Below are positions 17,933-26,726 of a stretch of DNA of 27,017 nt, in pieces (positions within the stretch are counted from its first letter, which is position 1; every line of letters begins with the position of its first letter). Source of the stretch: a virus (Duplodnaviria > Caudoviricetes); the IMG/VR virus record IMGVR_UViG_3300011422_000016, positions 1-27,017 of that record; one strand, given 5' to 3'. The notes beneath the pieces were generated by a model. That model was not told the origin of the DNA. It searched no databases and worked only from the letters and a program-made list of their open reading frames with translations. The translations under genes were made by a program, and so were the position numbers.

Positions 17933-18285
17933 TCAGTCCTAAATCCTAGGTCAACTAAATCTTCCATCTCGGTTAGAGTTTCCCCCATGCCTGCTTCCCC
18001 ATAAGCAGCCTGAATCCGTGCTAACTCTGATTCATCGTCAGTACGGATTACACCGTCATCATCAAAGTTCAAGGGTAAACTCCGACGGCTTGCTTGTTCG
18101 TAAGTCGTCCACTCCTTGCTCATTGCTCGATTCAGGAGTCTCTCCCTCTCCCCCTCCCACACTTTCCTCTCTTCCTTCTGCTGATTCAGCAAAAATCGAA
18201 TCAGTAGAAAGCTGCCCAGGCATGACAGGAACAGAAGCAGCGACAGGGTTACTAGCGCCACGTAACCGGGAGTATCCATCCACAA
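17929..18285 (-). CDS. Membrane-anchored hypothetical protein (N-terminal TM helix plus coiled coil)
   Basis: Hydrophobic YVALVTLSLLLFLSCLGSFLLIRFLL followed by ERKVWEGERERLLNRAM; ATGA overlap with the portal start. Start may be ATG 18279. Confidence 0.7.
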   Translation of the reverse strand: MWMDTPGYVALVTLSLLLFLSCLGSFLLIRFLLNQQKEERKVWEGERERLLNRAMSKEWTTYEQASRRSLPLNFDDDGVIRTDDESELARIQAAYGEAGMGETLTEMEDLVDLGFRTE

Positions 18286-18559
18286 CTCTTTCTAGTGCGT
18301 CTTTTTCCACCGTCAGGTCAAACACCTGCTTTTCCAGATGTTCTTTGTGAGCAACCATCTCGCCGACTTTGCCAGGAGTCTCAAAGCCGCACAGACGAGC
18401 CATTTCTGCGAGACACTCGTTGCAGAAATACATACGCCCGTGAAATTCCATGTGGATATCTAAATCCACATAGAATTCACGAGAGGCTGCGGAACAAATG
18501 AAACAGCAACCTGGAATCGCTTCAGGTGCGTTCGTGATCCGAAACCTTTGCTGGCTCAC
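18062..18559 (-). CDS. Zn-finger hypothetical protein (CxxC...CxxC plus coiled coil)
   Basis: PGCCFIC and YFCNECL; GTGA overlap with the upstream gene; acidic disordered tail. Confidence 0.75.
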   Translation of the reverse strand: MSQQRFRITNAPEAIPGCCFICSAASREFYVDLDIHMEFHGRMYFCNECLAEMARLCGFETPGKVGEMVAHKEHLEKQVFDLTVEKDALERVVDGYSRLRGASNPVAASVPVMPGQLSTDSIFAESAEGREESVGGGEGETPESSNEQGVDDLRTSKPSEFTLEL

Positions 18560-19005
18560 TTCTTCTTGGCATCCTTCCCAGTATCAAGGTTGGTCTTGTC
18601 GTTGGTCTTGTCCTCAGAGGAAGTTCCTTCTGGGGTTTCGGTTTCCGAAGGAACCTCACCGGACTCTTCCTTTGCCTTCTGAGTGTTGTCCATTGCCTCT
18701 TGCTCAGCCTTCACCTTTTCGTCGATCTGTTCCTGAGAAAGACCAACGTAGTTCGGGTTGGTTCCAGCAACTTCCTGACCCTCTAAGGTTTCGGCCAACT
18801 CTTCACGTTCCTTCTGCTCAACGTCACTGAGATAAACCCCACCCTGTGCAGCATCAAGAGCGAGATTGACAACATAGTCACCGTCAAAATCACTTTGGCA
18901 GCGAATCGTTGAGGACTCACCAGTCGGTGTCAGAACGTGAATCATCGGGACAACCTCGTCCTGCTGAAAAACTTCTTCGCCGTTGACCTGAATTACTAAA
19001 CCCAT
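18556..19005 (-). CDS. Acidic hypothetical protein (149 aa)
   Basis: AGGAGA RBS; directly downstream of terL. Confidence 0.75.
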   Translation of the reverse strand: MGLVIQVNGEEVFQQDEVVPMIHVLTPTGESSTIRCQSDFDGDYVVNLALDAAQGGVYLSDVEQKEREELAETLEGQEVAGTNPNYVGLSQEQIDEKVKAEQEAMDNTQKAKEESGEVPSETETPEGTSSEDKTNDKTNLDTGKDAKKK

Positions 19006-19016
19006 TGCGTGTTCTC

Positions 19017-20540
19017 CTAGTCGTATTCGAGTGCGTCGTATTCGTGTCTGCGGCCAGCGTTTACAAGCCCCTCGTCAATTCTACCTGTGGCATTTACTGC
19101 TGTAGAGGTACCCGCTGGATATTGCATCGGGGGTACATCCGTACCCGAATCAACCTCTGGACGTGACGCTATCATGTAGCGTAACGCATCACAAGCGTGG
19201 TCGTTTCTTTTATGCGGTTCCTCCTTCTTGTTTTTGTCTCTTGCCACTTTCTTCTGTGCCCACGTCCCCCAACGATATCTCCCCATTTCCCAGATTAGAT
19301 TGACACAGTTACGCGTTATGTAAAGCTTAGTAATTCCCTCATGGTCTTTAATGTAACGCGAGACACGGTTAATTCCAGCCGCCACGTCGTTATTCCCAAG
19401 AACAATAGGAATACCGAACTCGATGTATTCCAATAGAACACTAGTGCCAGTAATTGGATCGACATTACGAATTGAAGGATCACCGACACTGTAAGCAGGC
19501 ATAATATTCGTTCGCGCTTGTTCACAATGTGCTAGGTTCTTTTCGTTGACAACCTTGGCGTGGTAGCTTACAATCTTTCCTGACTCGTAATGTTCGTCGT
19601 ATACGAACATACGCCCATCTTTATCTACCGCAGCCCAGAGCCAACAAGTCGGATTATTAAAACCGTGATCCATGCCATTAAAATGAAGGTATTCAGACGG
19701 TGGGATAAACGGCTCAATAACATTAACTTCCGGCTCAAATTCCTTGTAGATGAGTCCCCCAACCTGAACGAATTTTCCCTTCTTTCTCGCCTCAATCTCA
19801 TCTTTTGTCAATCCCGCTAGGAGGGCGGAGGCTTCACCAAGAGCCAAATACGGATTATCCTCCATCTCAACGACAAAACTCTCGATGATACCCTGGTTCT
19901 CCGGTAGGAGTGATGCAGAATAGATATCATCGAAAAGCCACCCCGACATTCCTTCCAACGGTGTAAGTGTCATCCACATATCACCGTTCTGGTCGAGCAG
20001 ACGCATCTTGTTCTCAACGAAGTAATCATACGGGAATTCCTCGTCAAACCAAATCCAAGAACGACTGGCACCAGCGTGCTTATCAAGTTCTTGGTCGGTT
20101 GAGAGGAACTCGACCGTAGAATCGTTCTCTAACGTGAGAACTCTGGCTTCTTTGTCGTAACCGTGTTCCCAAGAGCCACCTTTGATCGCTGAAAGTGGCA
20201 TCCACCTTGCAAACTCAGGGCGAAGGATTTTTTCGACCGAGTTAACAAAGTCCGATCCGATAATCCGGCCTTGTGTTGGGGGTTTCGGTACTTCCTTGAA
20301 CGGATGTTGGCCGAGGGCGTAAAAAACTCCTTCTGAGGCACCTGCTACAGTCTTACCTGAGCGGTTTCCTCCTAAGAGCGCCCGGATTTTAGCTTCCGAG
20401 GCGTGAAAATTACGCTGTTTTGGGTGTGGAGAGTACCCATGAATGTTCGGTTTCCTTGCAGACCGCCGAAACTGTGCTGCCAGGTCCTGAAACATCTCTT
20501 TCTGGGACTTTTGAGCTTTAGACACTAAGCTATAGTCCAA
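19017..20540 (-). CDS. terL: Terminase large subunit
   Basis: PHPKQ Q-motif, Walker A GGNRSGKT, Walker B WIWFDEE, coupling motif TLTP, nuclease motifs GMDHG and NDHACDALRY. Confidence 0.96.
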   Translation of the reverse strand: MDYSLVSKAQKSQKEMFQDLAAQFRRSARKPNIHGYSPHPKQRNFHASEAKIRALLGGNRSGKTVAGASEGVFYALGQHPFKEVPKPPTQGRIIGSDFVNSVEKILRPEFARWMPLSAIKGGSWEHGYDKEARVLTLENDSTVEFLSTDQELDKHAGASRSWIWFDEEFPYDYFVENKMRLLDQNGDMWMTLTPLEGMSGWLFDDIYSASLLPENQGIIESFVVEMEDNPYLALGEASALLAGLTKDEIEARKKGKFVQVGGLIYKEFEPEVNVIEPFIPPSEYLHFNGMDHGFNNPTCWLWAAVDKDGRMFVYDEHYESGKIVSYHAKVVNEKNLAHCEQARTNIMPAYSVGDPSIRNVDPITGTSVLLEYIEFGIPIVLGNNDVAAGINRVSRYIKDHEGITKLYITRNCVNLIWEMGRYRWGTWAQKKVARDKNKKEEPHKRNDHACDALRYMIASRPEVDSGTDVPPMQYPAGTSTAVNATGRIDEGLVNAGRRHEYDALEYD

Positions 20541-20920
20541 TTCTCTGGCATCCCAAAGGTTGCTCTTATCCCAGGGGGTGCATTATTGTTGTCAAGCAAC
20601 CACTGGAGAGGATTTTCTTCGTCTACAGGAGGCTCTGTTAAATCTAACCGAGTCTCAAGCCAGTTACGTAGTGTTTCACGGACGTTTACATCTTCCGTAA
20701 CCTGGTTTTCGATCTGTGCACGAAGCCTAGCAAATACACCAAGAGCTACAATGTCTCTGTAGCTAAAACGATGATCGTCCCACATATACCAATGGGTATT
20801 CGGTGGTTGGATCAATTCGTTAGGATCAGCTAGTTCAATATTTGGTGCAATCCGAATAAGACGTGCCTGTTTTGGTGTAAGTTGCTGAAAGGCTGATTTT
20901 CTAAGCAGGATTGTAGTCAT
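20525..20920 (-). CDS. Hypothetical protein (131 aa)
   Basis: ATGA overlap with the LamG gene stop; also overlaps the terL start. Confidence 0.7.
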   Translation of the reverse strand: MTTILLRKSAFQQLTPKQARLIRIAPNIELADPNELIQPPNTHWYMWDDHRFSYRDIVALGVFARLRAQIENQVTEDVNVRETLRNWLETRLDLTEPPVDEENPLQWLLDNNNAPPGIRATFGMPENWTIA

Positions 20921-23844
20921 ACGTTTGTTCCAAACTCAGCATCCAGAGCATCAGCCTGTGCTTGACTTAAAGGTGTCTCCCAAAACGCTGCCCCAAAGAA
21001 CTCAAAATGCCCGTAGTTTGCACCACCCGGACCACCACCACGCGAAATTCTTGGGGCAATAGCTGTATTACTAAGACTGAGATTAGTGTTATCTGTTGCT
21101 ACTGTAAATGCTAGTTTATCCGTACTAGCAGATACTGTATCGTTAGAGGTATTACGTACAGCCACAGCAGTTTGTGCCATACCTTTCGAGGGTGTACTAC
21201 CTGAAGATGCAGCAGACATATTATTTGTACCATCACAGGTTTCAAATTTGTCCGATGGAGTTGTATCGGTCCAGAAATCCCATCCTGCCTCAAATGCAAC
21301 CGCAATACCGTTGCGTTTAGTAATCATCAATCCACCACCAAATCCATGATTACGTCTAGCTACAGCTACAGAAAATGAACCGGCTGCGGGTACATTAAAG
21401 AGTGGATGATCGAAGGATTCCATGTAATCATCACCACCAAACAGGAACATCGATCTATCAACGAGAGTAGTTTTCCTACCCGTTGTAGAACGGGTCACAA
21501 TAACAGGTTGTCCTGTAGCTGCATTAACCGGAGTTAAAAGTGGCTCAACAAATGTTGAGAAATCCACATTAAACACAAGGTTACCCAGTGGGGGATTTGT
21601 AAAAGCAGATACAGGAACCGCATCCCAAAGTCTAGCATGGAAAAATCTAGCTGCAAGGAGACTTGAGAAACCGTTCCCACTAGACCCAATTTCTAGACTG
21701 GCATTACTGTTGTAGATCACACCAGGTGTAGTAGCTACGCTCGCACCAATCGGTTCCCAATTAACACCATCGTAACTAAGACCGAACCATGCAACTCCTG
21801 TAGAAGATTGACGGTAAAATCGAACCCAAAGACGTTGTCCATCAACAGCAGAAATAGGGACCGTTGCAACATAGCTAAGAACAGCCGTACCATCAAAGGT
21901 GAGAACAAACCTTAGAATTCCAGATGCCTGTGCCTCAAGTCTATAAGAGGTATTAGGTGCAACTCCCCATTTACCAATTATCGTGCCAACAGATTTCCAA
22001 CTGATGGGAGCTAGTTCCGCCTCAATTGTCATATCTCCAGTAATAACAGGAACATTTGCATTTGCAACGTACATGCTATTACCATTAACAGCAGGCAAAA
22101 ACATACCCTTACCCGCATTTGATCCAGGCGTACTATCGTACTTTAACCAAATTGGATCACCTGAATCTGCCCCAGGACTAGCTGTAGAATTGATTATGAC
22201 GGGCTTACCTGTCAAATCAGTATGCGGATAAACACGTCCAACCCCTTCAGGCCAAACAGAGAAGTCAAGATCAAACTGTAATGCCCCACCAATAACTTTT
22301 CGGTAGGTACAACGCTTGATCCAACCGTTAAACGGAGTCGTACTCGCAGCCTGAACACCAATCTGGATATTGGACATACCACTATAGATGTTTCCAGGGG
22401 TAGTCGCTACGTTAGCACCAAGTTGTGTCCACGCAGCACCAACAGGTTCCGTCGGAGAAGCAGGAGCGGTGAAAAACTTTGTTACACCTGTGGAAGCAAC
22501 TCTTTCTACCCTAAACCACATCATTGTTTTGTCAACAGCACCATTTGCTGTTACTGGTACTGTTGAGGTAGCGAAGAGAGAAGCTCCACCAGTTGTAGAA
22601 TACTCTAACCGAAGAGTACCGTCAGCCTGAACCTTAAAAGCCCAAACCCAATGTAATGGAATATCCCACCTAGAGAACATCGTCTGAGTCACGGCGCTAA
22701 CCCATTGGGTTGCAGCACACTGAACAGCGAGTTCTACATCATACCCACCATTAAAAGCTATTTGATGTGGAGACTGACCATAGAAAAATGGAACACCACA
22801 GCACTCAAACAACCCCTTTACAACAGCACTACGAACAGGAGTGATTTCGACTCGTTTTCCTACCACATCATAGAAAAACGATGTACCATCCCCTCTACCA
22901 ACAAAACTCGTATCCGCAATTACTGTTACCCCAGACTTAAGCCAAAATGCAGATGTTCTACCCTGGCACCCATCTACAGCACTATCGGTCCGATGACCAA
23001 TACTTAGTGACTGTGTGTTAATTGAGATTGCAGTACCAGCATTCAGTACCTGTTCACTAATTAGTGTCCAAGGCCCTGTTGGTTTTGGCGCCTTCTCAAA
23101 CCTTACCGTTCCTGTTGAGCGTACCCGAGTAACCTTGAGGGCACAATCAACAAAACTCGAAAGATCAACAGGTGTTGAGGTTGCTGTTACCGTAGACGCA
23201 CCAATACCAATAACAAGCTCAATAGCTGTTTGAGCAGCATTTGTTTGGAAGAGGTAGCCTGTATTTCCAACACCATTAAACTTCGACATAAGAACATGGC
23301 GTCTTGGGAGCACACTCTCAAGTCGTCCGTACCACATCATCTCTATGTCGTTGGTAATGCTTAAATCAGCATACGAATTAGAAATACGTGGCCCCTCCGT
23401 ATTAGAAAGGGGGTGCCAGCATGTCCCATCAACAACACATGGTACTGAAGTCGCACCAAACTTCATGTGAATTCCTGAACCAGACAGGTCCTTTAATGTT
23501 TCCTGTAGGTACGGATTCCATGCCCCAGCGTGCCAAACTGCTTTCGCAAGTTTTAGCGTTGGTCCTAGAACAACCCCTCCCGGCGGGGGCGTAACAGTAC
23601 CACCACCCCCATAAAGATCATTCTTCCAGAAATCATATTCAGCGTCAGCATGAGACTTTCCTACAGCGCCTGCGCCACGAATATAATTCAGGTAATCGTT
23701 TGATCCCCGAGGGTATGCCTCTGGATGGTCGGCATAAAACCTCTTCAAGAGATCCTGAATTGACTGACTCTTTGTTCCCACTGGATTCGGGTATAAGGCA
23801 AGCAAATCCTTATACATTTCGTCCATCAAAGTTAGACTAGCCAA
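20917..23844 (-). CDS. Large multi-domain LamG / concanavalin A-like lectin protein (975 aa), probable virion adhesion fibre
   Basis: Three recognisable internal repeats (..SKF/SRW/GKW....Y.F......L.L..S..G....ATST.P......W.RV.R..STG...F.....G..WT.IG..V.T.PG.IY.....L.IG) plus a fourth LamG-like C-terminal domain. Confidence 0.75.
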   Translation of the reverse strand: MASLTLMDEMYKDLLALYPNPVGTKSQSIQDLLKRFYADHPEAYPRGSNDYLNYIRGAGAVGKSHADAEYDFWKNDLYGGGGTVTPPPGGVVLGPTLKLAKAVWHAGAWNPYLQETLKDLSGSGIHMKFGATSVPCVVDGTCWHPLSNTEGPRISNSYADLSITNDIEMMWYGRLESVLPRRHVLMSKFNGVGNTGYLFQTNAAQTAIELVIGIGASTVTATSTPVDLSSFVDCALKVTRVRSTGTVRFEKAPKPTGPWTLISEQVLNAGTAISINTQSLSIGHRTDSAVDGCQGRTSAFWLKSGVTVIADTSFVGRGDGTSFFYDVVGKRVEITPVRSAVVKGLFECCGVPFFYGQSPHQIAFNGGYDVELAVQCAATQWVSAVTQTMFSRWDIPLHWVWAFKVQADGTLRLEYSTTGGASLFATSTVPVTANGAVDKTMMWFRVERVASTGVTKFFTAPASPTEPVGAAWTQLGANVATTPGNIYSGMSNIQIGVQAASTTPFNGWIKRCTYRKVIGGALQFDLDFSVWPEGVGRVYPHTDLTGKPVIINSTASPGADSGDPIWLKYDSTPGSNAGKGMFLPAVNGNSMYVANANVPVITGDMTIEAELAPISWKSVGTIIGKWGVAPNTSYRLEAQASGILRFVLTFDGTAVLSYVATVPISAVDGQRLWVRFYRQSSTGVAWFGLSYDGVNWEPIGASVATTPGVIYNSNASLEIGSSGNGFSSLLAARFFHARLWDAVPVSAFTNPPLGNLVFNVDFSTFVEPLLTPVNAATGQPVIVTRSTTGRKTTLVDRSMFLFGGDDYMESFDHPLFNVPAAGSFSVAVARRNHGFGGGLMITKRNGIAVAFEAGWDFWTDTTPSDKFETCDGTNNMSAASSGSTPSKGMAQTAVAVRNTSNDTVSASTDKLAFTVATDNTNLSLSNTAIAPRISRGGGPGGANYGHFEFFGAAFWETPLSQAQADALDAEFGTNV

Positions 23845-24532
23845 TTTTCACCACCTTAACAGCACACAAATAAAACGGACCACTACCACTACTCATATAA
23901 GGACGACAAGCCGCATCAACAGGAAGATTCATCGGTGGAATCGTTACAGATATAGACCAATCTTGATCTGCCATAGAAGCTGGATGCACTACGTGGAAGT
24001 ACGGCTGAGCTTCTACCCCGTTATCCGTAGATTCATCCAACGGAAGAACGTCACCACTCACAGCGTCTTTCCATGCCTCGTCAAAATAATCCTCAAGATA
24101 GTCCCCTGTGAATGTAGGACCAAATCTATACATAATTCTGATGGTTGTGCTATACAACCCAGCAGCCTTTGCCTGGATTGTTGGTCTCGGAGAAGAACTA
24201 ATAGCAGGAATAATTAGTGCAGGATCGTAGATTAAGGACGTTCCAACGGCCTCGATATGCAATGAATCATTACCAGCCTGGATTGCATCCAAGATATCAT
24301 AATCCTCTACAGAATCCGTATAACCACGGACAACAATAGAGTCCCCAACACCTACTGCTCCACCACCCCCACCACCACTTCCACCAGCTTTTACCCAACC
24401 TACCTTTCCATCACCCTGTTCTTTGAGATACAGATCATTTCCGATGTAATCGAAATACCTCTGACCTGGAAGGGCCTCAACAACACCTTCAGGAGTACCA
24501 GTACCTTGTAGAACAACATTCAGATCGGGCAT
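23837..24532 (-). CDS. Fibre/spike-associated hypothetical virion protein (231 aa)
   Basis: N-terminal GTGTPEGVVEALPGQRYFD...LYLKEQGDGKVGW is a module common in phage fibres; poly-Gly hinge; beta-rich C-terminal domain. Confidence 0.65.
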   Translation of the reverse strand: MPDLNVVLQGTGTPEGVVEALPGQRYFDYIGNDLYLKEQGDGKVGWVKAGGSGGGGGGAVGVGDSIVVRGYTDSVEDYDILDAIQAGNDSLHIEAVGTSLIYDPALIIPAISSSPRPTIQAKAAGLYSTTIRIMYRFGPTFTGDYLEDYFDEAWKDAVSGDVLPLDESTDNGVEAQPYFHVVHPASMADQDWSISVTIPPMNLPVDAACRPYMSSGSGPFYLCAVKVVKIG

Positions 24533-25251
24533 CAGATTCCTAACGTTAGATCGGGGGTTTTCTTTTCCGTGTACGAGACTTCAATTATGCCGTTTTCAAC
24601 GGCGGCCATAACATCTTCACGAGAAGTTGGTAATCCTTTTGGCTTGAACCCAGATTCAGTGATTCCTTCTAGGTCCATTGCAATTCTCTCCATAACTTCC
24701 GGAGACACATACCTTGAAACAACGTCCACAACCCGATTGATGATCGTATCAACATTGACTTCGATCTGAAGTCTCGGGTTGTATCTACCCGTCATTTCAA
24801 GGTAGAACTGAATTGCTTTCAGGTCACCGGCTTCTACAGCTTTCGTGATCCCCAACAGAGCGTTAGGCTCTGTGCTTGCAAAAACTTGCTCAGCCCTATT
24901 TTTCAGGTACGTCCTGAAAGCAGGTTGCTGCATCCATCCTTGATATGCTGTCGTTGTTACACCAACAGCTTCAAGTCTCTGACGGACTGTAGATTTGTCA
25001 AGAGTGTTCAACAGAACATTTGCACAGATGATCTGTGTTGGAGTCAAAACCTCTTCATCACCCGTATTGAAATTCACTCCACGGACAATGAGGGATTGAC
25101 GAACAGCATCAACCTTCCAAGCAGCCTTGACCTGTTTGTCAGAGAGGTTTAGTGCTTGAACGATCTTGTCGTCTGTCGGAATTTTCCCGGTATTCCAGAA
25201 CACCTGGTCGATGTACGTTACGATTTTCAGTTGTTCGTCAGTCAGCGCCAT
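24532..25251 (-). CDS. Probable terminase small subunit (HTH-containing)
   Basis: LTPTQ...VGVTTTAYQGWMQQPAF HTH and AVEAGDLKAIQFYLEMTGRY oligomerisation-like segment; upstream of terL. Confidence 0.7.
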   Translation of the reverse strand: MALTDEQLKIVTYIDQVFWNTGKIPTDDKIVQALNLSDKQVKAAWKVDAVRQSLIVRGVNFNTGDEEVLTPTQIICANVLLNTLDKSTVRQRLEAVGVTTTAYQGWMQQPAFRTYLKNRAEQVFASTEPNALLGITKAVEAGDLKAIQFYLEMTGRYNPRLQIEVNVDTIINRVVDVVSRYVSPEVMERIAMDLEGITESGFKPKGLPTSREDVMAAVENGIIEVSYTEKKTPDLTLGI

Positions 25252-25777
25252 AGGCTCGTCGTATCTTCTTCCACTGTGCGAATTCGTCTTGCTGTTCGTT
25301 CATCTGAGCCAACACAATTTCTGACACACCCAAATCTCGCAAAGCCAACTCTACCTGACTTGGCAAAGTAGAAAGCTGCCCATGTTCCAACTTGTAAAGG
25401 AACGCAGGCTGAACACAGATTAGCTTTGCAAGTTTCGTTCGGTTAGAACTCGTATGGGCGTAGACCTGACTGATTGGCGAATGTGTTTGAGTAGGGGAAC
25501 TCAAAGAGAATTGGTCCAATAACAACCTGTTCCGCATGTATTTTCTACACATGGACACGAAGGACTGGTAATCTCTCTGCAACTGAGGCCCATCATAATC
25601 TTGGTCCATGAGATACTCAAGGATGTTTGGAAGAATTCCTTGATAACAGCCTTGTTCGTTGAGCAAAACTGCACTCTCATGAATTCCTACAGCCCTAGCG
25701 AATTTCTCCTGTGTAAGTTTGAGTTGCTTACGAGCAATACGGATAGGGTTTTCTTCTATTAGCTTGTCGGTACTCAC
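25238..25777 (-). CDS. Transcription regulator with two tandem XRE-like HTH domains
   Basis: NPIRIARKQLKLTQEKFARAVGIHESAVLLNEQG and SPISQVY...NRTKLAKLICVQPAFLYKLEHG. Start set at GTG 25777 (GAAAGG RBS); 25831 is an alternative. Confidence 0.78.
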   Translation of the reverse strand: MSTDKLIEENPIRIARKQLKLTQEKFARAVGIHESAVLLNEQGCYQGILPNILEYLMDQDYDGPQLQRDYQSFVSMCRKYMRNRLLLDQFSLSSPTQTHSPISQVYAHTSSNRTKLAKLICVQPAFLYKLEHGQLSTLPSQVELALRDLGVSEIVLAQMNEQQDEFAQWKKIRRAYGAD

Positions 25778-25849
25778 TGTGCGCCTTTCAAGTGACACTG
25801 TTATATAGGGGTATGCGCTCAGGCGTGACACCCCCTCTGACCTGCACTT

Positions 25850-25878
25850 ATGCTACCATAGGCCAAAAACGTAGTCTA
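25850..25878 (-). promoter_or_regulatory. Sigma-70-type leftward promoter for the HTH / morphogenesis unit
   Basis: Minus strand TAGACT-17 nt-TAGCAT, with TG at the extended -10 position. Confidence 0.55.
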
Positions 25879-25900
25879 GGGGAATATAATAATAAACCCC

Positions 25901-25929
25901 TTGACAAAAGGTTAACTGTGTGATACAGT
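25901..25929 (+). promoter_or_regulatory. Strong sigma-70 (SigA) rightward promoter, probably leaderless
   Basis: TTGACA (25901-25906), 17-nt spacer, TGa-TACAGT (-10 at 25924-25929), AT-rich UP-like tract upstream; ATG lies 6 nt downstream of the -10. Confidence 0.85.
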
Positions 25930-25935
25930 GACGCA

Positions 25936-26082
25936 ATGCCACAAGGGAGAGATTACCTCGTTAGGGGGAAGGTCAATTTCGAGTTGAAATTGAAGCTCGA
26001 TAAATACCGTAAAGTTTTCGGTGTGACCGAATCTCAGATCGTAAATATGGCCCTGGAGAAGTTTCTAAATGAGAGAAAATGA
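25936..26082 (+). CDS. Ribbon-helix-helix (CopG/Arc/MetJ-type) DNA-binding protein (48 aa)
   Basis: Hand translation MPQGRDYLVRGKVNFELKLKLDKYRKVFGVTESQIVNMALEKFLNERK*: beta strand, helix, G-x-T-x-S turn, helix. ATGA-coupled to the next gene. Missing from the ORF track. Confidence 0.8.
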   Translation: MPQGRDYLVRGKVNFELKLKLDKYRKVFGVTESQIVNMALEKFLNERK

Positions 26083-26726
26083 CTGAGAAGAAGAGAATTC
26101 TCATTTGGTGGACGAACAACAATGGGAAGATGGGTGTTAAAGTTGACATTGTCCTTAACATCTTCCCTACAGTAATTCTCGGTGATGATATCGTACAGTT
26201 AGATGCGTTCGCCCCAACTATGCATCTCTTCATCAAAGAGTTTCGCCTAGCCTACACGACAGAAGAACTTATTTCATATCTGGAAGATACCATCGAAAGC
26301 TATATGGCGAATATCTATCCAGAGTCGTCGTATGCTACTCGTGAAAAAGCAGCAGAAACACTTGCACCACACCTAATCGACTTCCTAACTCCATACATCG
26401 AACACGTTCGTGAATGTGGGGTTACGGAACCTCCCGAGGAGAAATCTAGTTTAAGTGCGGTTGACCAAATTCTTAAAGAGTCTTACCTCCCCGGACTCAA
26501 GGAACAGTTATCTGCTGACCTTAATACTTCTATTTGGGGTGACGGGGGGAATCCTACCACTCTTGTTGCAAAACCCGCTTCCCACCACGCACCCGGAAGC
26601 GGTTTCGACTTATCAATGGACGCCCACATCAAAGCCCACCAGCATTATTACGACCTACTCAAAGAGTCCTACGATAACATCCCCAAAACCATTGCCAGCA
26701 AACTTCCAAAGGGAGATGAATCTTGA
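26079..26726 (+). CDS. Hypothetical early protein (215 aa) containing a capsid-N-terminus-like segment
   Basis: ATGA coupling to the RHH gene; includes LSAVDQILKESYLPGLKEQL. Confidence 0.7.
   Translation: MTEKKRILIWWTNNNGKMGVKVDIVLNIFPTVILGDDIVQLDAFAPTMHLFIKEFRLAYTTEELISYLEDTIESYMANIYPESSYATREKAAETLAPHLIDFLTPYIEHVRECGVTEPPEEKSSLSAVDQILKESYLPGLKEQLSADLNTSIWGDGGNPTTLVAKPASHHAPGSGFDLSMDAHIKAHQHYYDLLKESYDNIPKTIASKLPKGDES

Noticed and set aside
3665-25371. Many short + strand ORFs (60-130 aa) across the structural region
   Set aside because: Antisense shadows of well-supported minus-strand genes, with no RBS or motifs.
25973-26236. 87-aa minus-strand ORF in the control region
   Set aside because: Antisense to the better-supported RHH and 26079 genes; no motif.
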